A stretch of DNA of 56,552 nucleotides, counting the filler, from Sluysia triapertura (lineage: Eukaryota): assembly GCA_046118255.1 (NCBI GenBank). It is 4 parts of 4 records of this genome, joined end to end, with 100 filler letters (N's around TTAATTAATTAA, not from the genome) between each part and the next. Parts side by side here need not be neighbours in the genome. Positions count along the whole stretch, not along the records: positions 12,044 to 24,507 come from JBJNIA010106317.1; positions 24,608 to 43,340 come from JBJNIA010121972.1; 2 more parts are not named here. The stretch is one strand, 5' to 3'. The stretch's first letter is position 1. Each line of letters opens with the position of its first letter. This document shows, piece after piece, positions 12,261-26,437 of the stretch. The notes below the pieces were generated by a model. It was not told where the DNA came from and searched no databases. It saw nothing but the letters and a program-made list of their open reading frames with translations. The translations under genes were made by a program, and so were the position numbers.

Positions 12261-15200
12261 TAATTTAAAAATCAATGTTTATAATTAATTTTAGAATATT
12301 AAAACATTCTACTATCCGTTATTATACGTTTGACAATAAAGGATAAAAAAATTAAAAATTTAGGCATAAAGTTTGTTTATAAATTTATTATTGTGTATAA
12401 AAATTAATCGATTCAGTTACATTATTTTTAAAGAAGCATTTAAAATGTTATTTATAACATTTAATTTATGACTTATTTAAAAATAGATAAAATTATTGAA
12501 AATATATTTTCCCATTGTGTAAATATATCTATAAATACTCGTATATAATAAAACATTAATTAAGGTGTATCAAAGTTTAAAATACCTTATTTGCTGTCAC
12601 GTAAAATTAAAAAAAGGTTTTTCATCATACAAAATTTAATCTATTAATACATCTCTAAGTTAAATTGTAAATAAAATCTTAATTATATTTACATTTTTTA
12701 TTTATTAAAATTTTTATTTAATCTTTGTTTTATAATATTTTTAAAATAAATTAAAAATATTAAAAAGCATAGTATTTATTTATTTATTTTACTGATAAAA
12801 TGTATGTAAAAAATACATATTATATTTGCATTCATTTACGTTTTTAACTATTTATTATTAGTTTATGCTATTGTTAACCTTTCTGGTCAAGAAATTATCC
12901 GAAATGTAAAATTTATAATAATAACAATAAATAAATAAATAAATAATATGTGATCCATAGATAAAATTTAACAAATACCATAATTTATAACTATCAAATT
13001 ACAAAAAAATTGATTTTTTAAAAATAACTTCAAAACACGCAAAAGTATAATATTCATTTGAAATTTATTTAATTTTCATTAAATCTATTTAAATTAAAAT
13101 TTTTAAAAAGAATTTAATTTAAATAATTTATAAAAATTATTCACTCGATATTTTTAAATAAATAAATGAAATTGTGATAAAAAAATTCCGTTTCCCTAAA
13201 TTCTATTATCATGACAAAGTATTATTATTTTATGTAACTATTTTTATGTAACAAAATTAAATCAGCAATTATTAAAGCAGCTTTTCACAAAATAATTTTT
13301 TTGTATTTATTCATAGATTCATACTTTTATAAGTTTTGTATGTTAGCTTTGTAAAAAAAGATAACGTAGTAAAACCAGGATATAGAGACTATTTTATTTG
13401 TTATAAATACACTTTGATATAAATTTATTTTGAAATAATAAATAGCAATAAATAAATTTTTAATAATAATCATATTATTATTGCGAAAAATTGAACATGT
13501 TTTGCAATATAAACCAACAAATAAATAAGTATAATCAGATAAATATTTGAATAATAAATTAAATATATTAATCATTAATTAATATTTTGTAACAGCTTTC
13601 ACATTTGTTTAATTTTTTTCTACATCATCAATTTTAAATCTCCTGTTTTATGGCATTCTTTATTTCCATGATATAAAAATATTTTTCAGTTATTATTTAC
13701 AATTATTTATGTTATATAATATTTCAAAATTTATAATTATATTATTTTTTTGCGATATTCTTAATCGTTTTAATTAATAAATATGTAGTTGTTTCGTTAT
13801 CTTTTTTCAATAATTGTTGCAATTTATGTAGATCTAGAAACCAATCAAATTAATAATGTATTAGTTAACATATTCTTAACAAACATAACTAAATAAAATC
13901 GATTACAATAAATGGTAATATATAATATTACAATGATGACATTAATATAAATGAAAGTAATTTATCGAATAATTAATTTTATTATGTTCTTAATAAAACG
14001 TTAAACGATTATTTATAAAATAATTATCGGTAGATTTTAACGAACATTTTAAATGTAAAACATATTTTATAAAAATTAGATTTAAATAAATATTTTTTAA
14101 ATGACAGTTTTCAGATAGATGATAAGGATTTAAATCGAAAATTTAAATTTAAATCGAAAGTTTGTAAATTTAAATCGAATATTAATACAGTGTGATACAA
14201 CAATCAATGAATCAATCAGTGTTTTTGAAATTCTTATATAAATTGAAATTAAAGCACTGGTAAAGAAACGAGAAACTGTTCGAATAAATATGACTTTTTT
14301 GAGTAGAGATTTTGGTAATATTATGATACAATGGCCTTAAAAATCAATTACTTAATATTATTCACTTGTTAAAATTGAATCAATTCGCATTTGTAAAGAA
14401 TTGATCGCGAAGATATGCTTTGTTCAAAGCAGCATTATAATATTTAATTACTTTTAAATCCATAATTCTATTGTCGAGAATTACAGAATGAAATTTATGA
14501 CGATTTTTTCAATTTGAAATACAAATCTTTCTTTACATTGAACGCGTAATTGTTAAATTTTTCCAAATTATTGTTTAACATTTTTGACTCTAAATCGGAC
14601 CAGTAAAAGCATCCTTAAAGTTGTTATTGCTTCAAAATCATCGAATTTTTAGAGCGTATTTCAAAACTTTTATCTTTTACATTGACATTTACTAATTTTC
14701 TGTTCTTCTTTTCTTTCGTAATATATTATTCCTTATATTTATTTAATTACATTCTTTTCTCTACATTTATTCATTAAATAATTTCTATATTATTAATTAA
14801 TTGCACTTAATTATTTAATTTACTTGATTAATTTGCTTGATTAATTTTATAGACATTCTTTTATTTATTTAATTTTTAAACATTATTCTATATTATTATT
14901 TAAAAGTTTTGTTTTGTATTTTTAATTTCAAATAAATAAGCAATTTATTTTAATTTATTACGAGACTAAATTAAATCAATTGTTTTATATTTTGTGAAAT
15001 TATATTTAAAAACATTCATATAATTTAAGCGCCATGTCAACATTGTAATATTTATATATTTCAAGATTTGATTTGATGAAAATAATTAAGTATGGCCCTA
15101 TCAACGTTTACTAATTTACCCATAGCTCCTAACTTATTTTCATGAATGAAACTGGACCTATTAATATTTTAATCTTTTGAATAACTTTAATTGCAGTATT

Positions 15201-15507
15201 TTTGTTAACATCGATATTTTGTAACATTAAAAATTGTGCTTGCACAATCTAACTAAAATTTTAAATACTCTTAAAAATTTAATATTTAAATTATCTAAGT
15301 TATTTTCAAATAGGAGTTAATTTATTGTCACAAGACTTAACAATCGCATATAAAATACGTCGAAATAAATTAATTGATTCGATATTATTATATGCGAATC
15401 TTCAAGTAACCTTTGATTGAAATATAACAAAATAAATTTTGGTAGTCAAGAATCACAAAAAATTTATTTAACCTTTTGGTATATTATATATTACAAGTAT
15501 GGTCTGC

Positions 15508-15511
15508 ATAA

Positions 15512-15560
<49 letters not shown>
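15508..15560. repeat. (AAT)n microsatellite
   Basis: Directly visible. Confidence 0.9.
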
Positions 15561-16319
15561 TGCGTTTATGTATTTGTAGGCTGAATTTATGACCAAATAA
15601 TATTGCCCCAAACATAATTTTGAATCAATCAAAATAACTTTGCAATCATTTACTTTAGCAGATACAGAGTGAAAACTTTATTCATTCTTTGTAATTTCAG
15701 TAAATATGTTTACCCGAAATCAAGTATTTTGGTTTATCGCAAAATTCAACAACAATGGACCTCATTTTGCATATTTTAAAGTTTTTTCAATCTGTTTTAA
15801 CTGTATCGTATTAACTTCAGAAAAAATTAGAATACTTTCAGTTATTGATTTCTGATATAAATACAATTTCTATCGTCAATTTGAGTATTGCGAAATGATA
15901 AAATCAACTATTAAAATTAACTATTGGTAAATAAGTGTTAATGAATCCAAGGAGAAAGAAGCGCGCAAAGAATCCACTTTTTGATTTAAAAATTTCAAAC
16001 TATATAAATTCAAAAAGGCAATAAATTTACAAACAAAATTGTTAATTTATTGGTACATTACTGCAAATTGTGGCTGGTGAATTAGTAAGTCAGGATGGAA
16101 ATTAACAATTATGGAACATTTATAATAAGTCTGGATTAAGAAGTATTTAGTTTATCGAATATAAATTTCAATATAAAATCTGATTGTTGCAATGGAAGAT
16201 CAAAAGAGTAATACAACGTTGATGAGAATAGGATTCAATCCAAAACATTCAGTTGGTTAGATAGAAATAGAATATCTAGCAAAAAAAGACAAGGATCCAG
16301 TATGACCAAATAAATTATA

Positions 16320-16830
16320 GAAATCTGATTTAATAGCATATTCAAAAGCACATTTTAAGGTTTTCAGGGGCAGTATCAGTTAAATCAAAGAATGATAAAG
16401 ATATTATTAAGACAGTAACAAAGATGATTAAAAACAACAATCCCATAAATTTTCAAACTGATTTAAGCAAAGAGTTTTAGAATAACCATGTGAAAAACGG
16501 ATTAGAAGAATATTGAATTATTCATTGTTCAGTGTTTAGTCAATATATAATCTTGCATAGGAGATAGATTAAAAAGTATTCCAAAGAACAAGGTAAAAAA
16601 TTGATTGATGTATTACCTAGTGCAATTGATTCACATAAGCACAATAAGCATCGAGAAACTGATAGACTTAAAACTAATTCAAATAATTTTAATACAATAT
16701 GGCAGAAACGTAATTTGGCAGAAAACAATCAAAAAATAAAAATATAAAGTTGGTGACTATGTAAGAATATCAAAAGTTTCAACAACTCTATTCACAAAAA
16801 ACTTTTATAACAATTGGCGTTCTGAGGAAA
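16320..16830 (+). pseudogene. Polinton/Maverick (adintovirus-type) retroviral-like integrase remnant
   Basis: Reading through stops and frameshifts gives KSDLIAYSK...AVSVKSKNDKDII...NPINFQTDLSKEF*N...KLIDVLPSAI...H...KYKVGDYVRISK. This matches the Polinton INT pattern QADL...AVPLKxK...PxxLQTDxGKEFYN...WIDVLP...KFKVGDxVRISK. Confidence 0.75.
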
Positions 16831-17689
16831 ATGGATTAACTGAGGTGAAGTACACTTAACGAGTCCGATTCATATTTAGTGATAAAAGAAGGTTTGGTAT
16901 TTCTGCTAAAAGGTTACTTTTATTTTAAAATAGGAAACTATTTATACATAAATTAATTAACTAAATTCTCAATGTTTATTTACAAAAAATGAAAACTAAA
17001 ATGGTTTAAAATCGAGATTGTTTAGAATAATAAAATAATAGTTAAAAGATATTAATGACTCTTAATATCTAAATATGATTTTAGTCAGATTTTGAGACTA
17101 TCGTTAAAATAGTCGTATAAATAATAAGATTTTTCGTCGAATTTTACCCATTCCTTTATAAGTTTTTAAAAAACTTATTAAAAATGATCTTACGCATGCA
17201 AGTAGATCCTCGAATGCTGGTACATATTAGATGGTTACAAGTGGTACAACCCATGATTAGTATTTTGTGTTATTGAAAAAGTGACTATTAACTTAGGATG
17301 GCATGCGTTAAAATAACATAATACAATATTAATAATACAATTATATAATATAAATTTATAAACCAAAAGCAAAATACTACTTCCAATTTACTGACAATAA
17401 TTCAAATTTTAATAAATAAGCACCCTCTCATCAAAAATTACGAAAACCGAATACACTGCAATCAACCAATCATATCGTTCAAAAATTTTATCCTCACTAA
17501 ACCGCTTTGTTCCAACCAATAAACGAATTGTAAACAATTTAAACCATACATTCAACCTAAGCCAGTCCGGAGCTGGGCATAGTTTGACGTGGACATATGG
17601 AACTACTTAAGCAAAACTGTTCAGAGCACAATGAAATCAATAAATAGTTTGAATAAAATGCTTTAATTAGTTTTCATTTTTTTGAGAAT

Positions 17690-17714
17690 GATACACTATT
17701 TCTGGGACATCCTA
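17690..17714. repeat. Degenerate Tc1/mariner-type TIR end
   Basis: ACACTATTTCTGGGACATCCT resembles TATATTTTGGGACACCCTG at 33041-33059. Confidence 0.35.
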
Positions 17715-18114
17715 ATAATGAACTAGAAATACTTTAGTAAAAAATTTATTATTAAAAATAAATATTTTAATCTGAATTAAACATATTTATATAATAAAAT
17801 TAAAAGTTTTCTTTTTCTAAAGCGCTGCCATTACATTTTATATTAGTGTTATAATAATTTACAGTTTTATCTGGGAAAGATATTTAATATTTTTCAAATA
17901 TTTCTTCTATAATATTCATTTAATAAGATAAAGAAAATTGCTTCAAGTTATTGAGATTTAATTTTAATACATTTTATAAAAAAATAATCTATTAAAACTA
18001 TTACATTGCAATCTAAATAAATATTTATATTAAAATGTATTTTTCATAACCAAATTATTATCAAGTAGCAAAATATAAATTAAAGGTAATTATAAAATAA
18101 GATTAATACTAACA

Positions 18115-19521
18115 TTATTTTTTGAATATTTTCTTAAACCAATTTCGAATAGATACTGACGACTTTTCAGTTTTTGAAGAATTAACATTAATATTTGAAT
18201 TTGTTAATACTGAATTATCAGCTGCAACTATAATATAATATAATATTATTATTATTATTATTAATGATGATGACGATGATATAAATCATAGTTTGTAAAT
18301 CTGAAATAATATCTACATTATTTTAACTTCCTATTTTAAAGCCATCCTTACAGATACTGCTAGTTAGATTACTCAAATTAGATTCATAATAAATAGAATG
18401 TGGGCGAAGCAAATGTTATATTAATTGTGTCTAATTTCAATTTATAATTCTTTATTACCAAAATTAGAATTACATTGCTTTGTTGTCTGAAGTTTCTTGC
18501 AAGTTTCGTGACTTTAGATAAAGCATGATGCATCAACACTTCAACCATAAAGCCTTGAAGTTAACTTTGGTGCTTTTGGGATGCTATGATAACATGAATT
18601 TATAAAGCATCCAGAAAAATTGCATAAGATATATAACGCATAACTTTATTAAACATAAATCACTCAAATGGCACATAAGAAACTTTCCTATTTCAACCAT
18701 TACCACGATTTACTAATACGTCGAACGTAAACACTCGTAAGAAAAAAATAACAGTAGATATTACTCAAAATCATTTCAACAATGAGTTAGGAAGTACTGC
18801 AGGTGGTGAATCTTTGATTCGTATTAATTTCGTCCAGTATCACGCAGCTCCAAACCATCTCCTCTGATTATGGATCATAATCAACATGCACATAAGAATT
18901 ATTATCACCTAAATGCCTATGTCAAATGCCAATAATTATAGTTCACCAGTTCAATCGGTTTCATTTAATACCATTAATCCCAGCCTATGTCATTCACTGT
19001 TCAACCAAACATGCACTCCGAACATCTTTTGGAATATTAGTATCGACTCCATTTATCGCTTCTCTGCCCCAGTCCCAGTTGCTATGCCACCGACTGAAAC
19101 TACTTTCGCAATAGGTATGACCTATTTCTTCACTCAGAATAGCAGTGCTAGAAATATCGTCATTTTCGGCCGAAGATCGTTTTGAATTAAATAATTTTTA
19201 AAAAATTTAACTGACATTAATTCTAAAATTATATTTATCAAAACGAGTATTGCTCTTATTAATCTTACTAGCTTCTAAATTTTGAAACATTGTATCAATA
19301 TGGTGCTAAGTGGTCTTGAAAACATGTAATTCGACTAAGGTTGTTGACAAATCTGAAAACTGACTAATTTCATTTATTATTAGAGATACTTGTATTAATA
19401 TACAAAGAATTATTAATTTATTAAAATAAATACCTGTCAAACTGGCACCAGAGCTGTCTACGTCTAAAATAATAATGATAATAATAATTATTATTAAAAA
19501 ATACAAATAAGGATTTGCACC
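18115..19521 (-). CDS. Possible 3' exons of an unknown micro-exon gene (19521-19505, 19463-19434, 18227-18115)
   Basis: AG/GT-bounded, phase-compatible small exons give VQILIYVDSSGASLTVAADNSVLTNSN...RNWFKKIFKK*. No homology recognised and no start found. Confidence 0.25.
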
Positions 19522-20316
19522 CTTAAAAAAATAAAAAGAAAAATAAATATGGATGTATACTATGTAACGGCTAAATAGGTTATTTGAAGGTCAAAATAAG
19601 AGATTCGACGAGATAAAAATCTGCATTTGATACTTCATTTGTAGAGTAACTATATGTTTATTTAATTTGGACTATATTCATCTTAACTATATCCAATCAA
19701 CTATCTTCCCTTGGGGAATTAATTTAGACTAAATCCTCATTTATTCCTTATCCAAAAATTCTTATCTGTCGCATAATCTTTCAGAAATAAGTCGTCACTT
19801 ACTTATGTATAAGTTTTATGTATAAGAGTTAAAATAAAATTTAAAAGTTATTATTATTTTCGGCTAGAATTACTGCAGCTTTAAAATCTTTATAAATTTT
19901 GAGTACCTTAAGGTATTCAATTAAGGTACCTTAATTTTTAAAGTATTCATATTCCTGTGAAGTCTAAAAATAAGTTATGTAAATAGTTAAAGAATTCTAA
20001 AAACAGTTATAGTTGAAGTCTAAAAGTAATCATGTAAAATAAAATTGTAATATATGAGTCTAAAAATAGTTAAATTGTATTTGGTGTTATTATTGTTATT
20101 ATTATTTTTATTTTATTATTGTTTTTATTAGTGTTATATTTTTAAAATCATTTTCGGTATTATTATTCAATTATAAAATTTAATTCTTTTAATTCCTTTC
20201 TTTAAACACTGTGAAATATATATATATAACTTAAAAACACAAGACATACACACATAATTTTGAATTGTGGGGTTTTGAAAAGTAGTATGACTTATAGAAT
20301 AAAGTAAGATTTTAAT

Positions 20317-20830
20317 GTGAGTCCACCAACGTACTACGCTTACCAGTTAGGGCTAGCTGTTGGATTTTTGCAATTAAAAATATAACTAAATGTTTGCCTA
20401 AATGCTTGGTGAAGTTAAGTTAAGTTCTGGAAGTATTTTAAAGAATGAGAGTAAATTCAAATATTTTCGTAAATCATATGAAATGGATTTGTAATAAATG
20501 ATTTTACGTGATCAGAATTAAATTCTGATAAATCTTTAACGCACGGGTGATTTTATGATTTTTAAACTATGTAAATTATTTAGTATTCAAATATTTATAT
20601 AACAAGACATTTTCCTTAAATATGTATTAATAAATGTACTTGTACAAAAATTTAATAATTATAGTTAAGTAATAAAACGTTACGTGAATTAACTACCAGA
20701 GATAATATTAATGTAACAGATTTTAATTTGATTTTTCGTAGGAAGCGTTAAAAAGTTCCGTATATCTTTAAAAAATAGATTTTAAGTAGATTATAAATAT
20801 CGAATCCTACAAAAATAAACTAATGTTTTC
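20317..20830 (+). repeat. Dispersed repeat with 55-nt hairpin head, copy 2
   Basis: GTGAGTCCACCAACGTACTACGCTTACCAGTTAGGGCTAGCTGTTGGATTT, plus downstream shared words (GATTTTACGT, AATTATAGTTA, GTTACGTG, AAAAATAAACTAA). Confidence 0.7.
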
Positions 20831-22219
20831 TTTTAAATTAGTCAATCGTTAAACAAAAGTTCTCTGGTCAGTTGGGTGTTCTTTGCCAAGTGAGAAGTGT
20901 TTCTTGCAATTATACAATGTAATTCTATGATAGTTTAAAAATATTAAATGAGAAGAAATTTTCATTAGGTTTGACAATATGTTCTTGACCAACGAGAGCT
21001 GTAAAATTTTTTCATGTGTATTTATGTGTATTTTGTAGTGTCCTTGACCAAAGTAATTTAAACCAAAACTATTTAAATTTAAAAATGAAATTATTTAAAA
21101 CTATTTAGTTAATATTAATAAATTATTTTTATAAATTAATGATCACTTACGTTAGTTTATTTTCCGAAAATCATTTATTTCTTTAAAAAGAATTATTTTC
21201 CAAAAATCGAATAATATTGTAAATCAATTGTTAAAAATACAGAATAAAAACTAAACATAATAATGACGTACACCAATAATAAATCAATAGTAATATTAAA
21301 ACTAAAACGTTCCACCATTATTTACATTAAAACGTTCATCATTATTTATAATCATACGTCGTCATAATCAGAACACTTTTTGTTAAACACTATTAATTGG
21401 ATACCATTTATTTGACAAAATTTATAACGCGAGTTACAATAATTCATTCGTTCAAGTTTTTTTAGAAACACCACTCAATTCGCGCCAGTCAATTCAAATT
21501 TACGTTTTAAATATTTTGAATAAATCAAGCAAAAATTATAAAATTATTTTAATATTTTATTTATTTATTATTGAATTAATACATTTAAATTTTTTTATTT
21601 TGCTTTTTAATTTATTAAATTATTTAACGATTTATTTAGTATAATAAAATATAAAATTTTTAACAAATAATTAATCATAATTAAAACAAAAAAATTATGA
21701 AAATTATCAACTTAACAGCATTGTTTTACTTAAATTTTTATATACTAATTTCGTTTTGAAATACATCTTCGTATTTATTTGGTTTTACTAAATTATCAGA
21801 TAGTATTTTAAAGTTAGAATTGAATTATTATTAGATTAAACATAAGTTTAATTTTGATATAAGCATGGCGTGAAGATCATTCAGCTAATATTAAAGATTT
21901 AGAAGTAACTAGAGATCCTCAAAATGACATAAGTTTGTACTACATGGATCGCTGAAACTACGTTTTCCAAAAAAATAGGATATAAAGTGTCGAATACAGA
22001 TTAACCCGAAAAAACCAATATTCACTGATATATTCAATTAAAGCATTTACTTTATTATGATCTTGCCACAGATGACGTCAGGTCTTCCATAATTTGTACT
22101 CAATAAGTTTACATAAATTCAAAATAACCAACCTGATAAAATCTCAACCTTACTGAATTCTCAAAAATATACCAAGCAATTCTTGAAACACTCTGCCTGA
22201 AATAATTCATGTCTAATGT

Positions 22220-22315
22220 TATGTTGCGTCTTTAAAATTACTAGCTATTACGACTCAATATTGACTTTGTTAGCTTAAAGAAACCTTAATAATTTAAATA
22301 GTCAGTATATCGAGT
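22220..22315 (+). repeat. Diverged ~95-bp direct repeat (partner at 24415-24507)
   Basis: ATGTTGCGTCTTTA...CTTAATAATTT.AATAGT.AGTATA is present in both. Confidence 0.6.
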
Positions 22316-22620
22316 ATATTTTTGCAGTAATCTTTTATAATATTAATAACTATTATCCTCAAATTTATATATTTGACAATCAAAATCAAAAATAAGACAA
22401 AAATGTACTATTAAACAAAAATTCGTAACACAATTTATTGTCAATAAAAATCTTTACTAAATGCTAAGAATCACTAAAATGACAAAATAATAATAATGTT
22501 TATAATAAAATTAAAGACACTACAATCTAATTAAGACAAAACAACCAGAAGTAACGCAACAACCACAAAAAAATGAATATCCAGAAAGTTCAGAATAGTA
22601 ATGATAATTAAAAATATTTT

Positions 22621-22730
22621 AAAATAAATTGGGCAGAGTGTCTCCCTCTAGAATTATCTTTTAATGAGCTAAAAATCAAACGGATAATTCAAAAAACTTT
22701 AAAAATAAATTGGGCAGAGTGTCTTCCCTT
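22621..22730. repeat. Local direct repeat AAAATAAATTGGGCAGAGTGTCT, two copies
   Basis: Copies at ~22621 and ~22702. Confidence 0.85.
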
Positions 22731-24507
22731 AAACAATAATAAAATCTCTTAAAAAGAAAACTTTAATATTAACAAACTTAATATTTTTAAAATAAAACTA
22801 TTATTTTAATAATAAATAAATTAATAAAATTAAAGACCTTACCCTAAGCATGGATTTTCATATCTATCATCATCATTGTCATGGCTATTATTTTGTTATT
22901 GTATTATTGTGTTGTAGAAATTTTGAAATCTTTATTTTATACTCTCTCATCATCCAATCAATTCACAATCTCACAACCAAACACTCTTCCACACAAATAA
23001 TCCTAACCTCTTTGAAAATCAAACCGACAATGACAACTCTGACATCTACATGGTACGGTCTGTCAAACTTTATTAGGTACAAAATATAGAAATCTGATTA
23101 TTATCAGCCATCATTTCCTTTTACTCTACTCAGTCTATTTTTACTTCAATTACTTCTCACACTAAAATAACAATCAGCAATACTGTTAACATACATAAAA
23201 ATAATGAATTTAATTTCACATTCTATTTTTAAATTAATTTTCTATTTTTCACACCCAATTTTCTAATGAAAAATGTTTTAAGGTTCTTATTCTCAAACGA
23301 ATCTTTTTACAAAAACTTCGAACTCACTTACAGATTCTCCTTTTCCATAGCAATCACCTCTTATTCCATTCATCACATTTGCATCATTCTAAGTATTAAA
23401 AATTCAACATTCCATAAATAAAAATTAATTAAAATTTGACTTTGCTCAATATTAAGGATTTCCTTTCAGTCAAACCATACCTTCATCGAAAGGTCTTTTC
23501 AAAACAAATATATACACAGTTTCAAACTTAACGTAGCAATCCGCATTCAAAAGTTATTCACAAAAACGTACTTTTTCTTAATTAAGTTAATTACGATTTT
23601 TAATTAATTAATCTATTTTTAGACTTAATCTTATTCTATGTTTAAAGGTTTTATTAAGGTCCTAAAGTCCCTTGTCTACTTCTTTATGTAAATTATTATT
23701 CTTCATACCAATAACAATGATTTTATTTCTCAAATATTTTAAAGATTTTAAATACTTTATAAGGATATCAAAGGATCTTAAATGTTTATGTAGGGTTTAA
23801 AGTTTAGTTAACCACTTCGTTGCTCTACACCTATATATTCGTAAAAATAATATGTCTCACATGCTCAAAGCATGTATTTTCGCATCATGTTTTAAAGTGG
23901 TTTCCTGCTCAACACGACTATTTACGCCATATATTGCAAGCGGATGGAAATCTAAGAGCCCTGCATATTTGATATTTTGCACCTTTTGAAAAACTTTCAC
24001 AAAATTTCAAAACGTGTTGCGCAGCGAAAGGGTAAAAGTCAATAAGGTCTTAAATGATCTAAAAGTTCAAGGTTTTAGGAGGTTTTATAATGTTTCTGGA
24101 GGTTTTATAAACCCGTCTCAAGCTACCACAAAGTCTTATATAGGTCTTTGGAACTCCAAGGTATTCTTTAACTATTATAGATGTCTTTTCATTTGCATGA
24201 TTCTTACTCCAACAGTGTTTATAATATTCTATCAGCCCGGTAATAGCAACATATATATTGTTGAAATTTTGCTAGTTTATATACCAATTACCAGTCATTG
24301 GTATTCAACCACGTTTTATTCATTTTGAATTTTAGTACTTACACTAATAAGTAACTACAATAAAAAATTGTTTTTGTTGTCTACTCATTTTAATGAATAT
24401 GTTGCGATTAGCTAAATGTTGCGTCTTTAGAACTTGTTAAATATTAAATTCACTATTAAAGTCTTATTCAGTTAAAATCTTAATAATTTCAATAGTTAGT
24501 ATACTGA

Positions 24508-24607
24508 NNNNNNNNNNNNNNNNNNNNNNNNNNNNNNNNNNNNNNNNNNNNTTAATTAATTAANNNNNNNNNNNNNNNNNNNNNNNNNNNNNNNNNNNNN
24601 NNNNNNN
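24508..24607. other. Assembly gap linker
   Basis: N44-TTAATTAATTAA-N44. Confidence 0.98.
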
Positions 24608-24785
24608 TCGTAATCACTTGTACTTTAAAGTAGATTACGTAATAGTGTAACATAAAAATTAGTAATTGTTAGTAACGATTAGTGGAAATCGGTGCATGCT
24701 GATCTAACTACTAAACGTCACCCAATCAGAGAACAGAACTACGAAATGCTAATTTTTAACTCTTCAACGATCTGATTGGGTGGAC
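24608..24785 (+). other. Cluster of three stem-loops upstream of an orphan ORF (unit C)
   Basis: CGTAATC/GATTACG; TTAGTA..GATTAG/CTGATC..TACTAA; and CACCCAATCAGA (24719-24730)/TCTGATTGGGTG (24771-24782). The last is related to hairpin 2 of units A and B. Confidence 0.6.
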
Positions 24786-24876
24786 AGAATCATACACTAG
24801 GAGAGAAAAAGTAAATTGACGGCCAGATTGGTTAAAAATCAGACAGAGAAGTAAAAATAGACACAAGAGAAAAAGT

Positions 24877-26437
24877 TTGATTAAAAAAAAATTCAAGATG
24901 GTTGACAGCCAAAAAACAATAAATTTTCTCAAAGGCAAATTAACAATTAAAAAGTTGGACCAAAAAAATGAACTTCAAATAATGATGATGAACAACAGTA
25001 TCAATATTAATAATTCCGTAAAATTGAGTAGTACCATTAATGATTTAAATTATAACAACAATGTTTGTTCTGTTGCTAATAGAATTAGATTTTTCGAATC
25101 ACGAAATGATGATAATGATCGAATTAGGCAACCGGCAATACGAATTAATTCAATGAATCAATCAGACAGTTTAAGTTCAGTAGGAATACAATCTCAGAGA
25201 CAGAGTGCAAACGATGTAATTAGTGCAAAGCAGAATGCAAACGATGTAATTAGTGCAAGGTAGAATGCAAACGATGTAAATAGTATAAAACAGAATGGGA
25301 ACGATGTAATTAGTTCAAAGCAGAATGAAAACGATGTAATTAGTGTAAAGCAGAGCGCAAACGATGTAATTAGTGTAAAGCAAAATGCGAGCAATGTAAT
25401 TAGTGTAAAGCAGAGTGTAAATGATGTTATTAATGTAGAGCAGAATGTAAATGATTTTAGTAACGCAAAGCAGAGTAGATGACGCTAGATACGATCCTGA
25501 GATGTTGACTAATGAGACGAAAGATGCTTACCAGAATTCAGATTTTACTCATCATGCCACCCATGAGGAACCAGCTTGGTACTCGCCGGAGAACTCTCAC
25601 CAGATTTTGAATCTCGCCATTGGCGCAATTTATGAAGAATCGCATTGGTATAGGTCATACGATGCTCGTTAGGTTTTGGAGAACATTATTAATACCATAT
25701 TCGAAGTGCACAGCTTCAGCAATAATCAGAACATTAAAAGTAACAATTTAATTTTAAATTTTATGTATACTTTCGTTCATAGTTGCCATCATTACATTAT
25801 TTATTTTAGGTTATTTGCTTTCCCTACAAACGAAAATGGATCCAGAAATGAAGGAGTGTGGCTTTCACTAAAAACAATGTTTATAACAGTGCAAAATTTA
25901 TATAGTTTAATATATTATAACCTTATTTGTGTTAAATCTTTACTTCTATATGATAATCATAAAATTCAAAATGAAACTAAGTTAAATAACAATAAAACTC
26001 TAAAAGTTGTTAAGACCAACGATCGAACAGTTCTAAACTATTTCAGATGATACAATAAAAGAAGGTTCAATAATTTGACTCATGAAGTTATGTATAGTAA
26101 CCACCTAGAGGAATTTGAAGACCATACTCATCAAGTAGAGAACGAACCTTTATACTTAAAATTGAATTTTAACTACATTAATGCATGTACTGCATACAGA
26201 TTCGGATTTTACGAAATTTTAAAAGTCTTCTAATCGTTTCTACAGAATAATACATTACGTAATCGTTCAATTCTTGACAATGATGTAAGCAAATATTATG
26301 CTCTTGATCTTGAACCTTATCAACGTTTTTCCTCTCCATATAAAATCAAGCCCTCGAAACTTCTTTTTATACTAAATCAATCCAATACACTACAAACAAT
26401 ACTTTTCAACCCCATACAGTTTACAAATTTCTTTTAA
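24877..26437 (+). pseudogene. Decayed intronless orphan ORF (~520 codons) with a 10-aa tandem repeat
   Basis: One frameshift (~25475) and in-frame stops at 25261 (TAG), 25670 (TAG), 26048 (TGA) and 26231 (TAA); otherwise open to 26437. Confidence 0.6.
25201..25476 (+). repeat. 30-bp minisatellite, ~9 copies (CAGAATGCAAACGATGTAATTAGTGTAAAG; encodes QNANDVISVK)
   Basis: Directly visible and in frame with ORF 24877. Confidence 0.95.

Noticed and set aside
14450-14720. Possible PKA-like kinase N-lobe remnant on the minus strand (KFDDFEAITTL...YAF...NRIM)
   Set aside because: The Gly-rich loop and downstream kinase motifs are absent; too degenerate to call.
25201-25476. 30-bp repeats as a CRISPR array
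   Set aside because: Head-to-tail units with no spacers; this is an in-frame coding minisatellite in a eukaryotic context.
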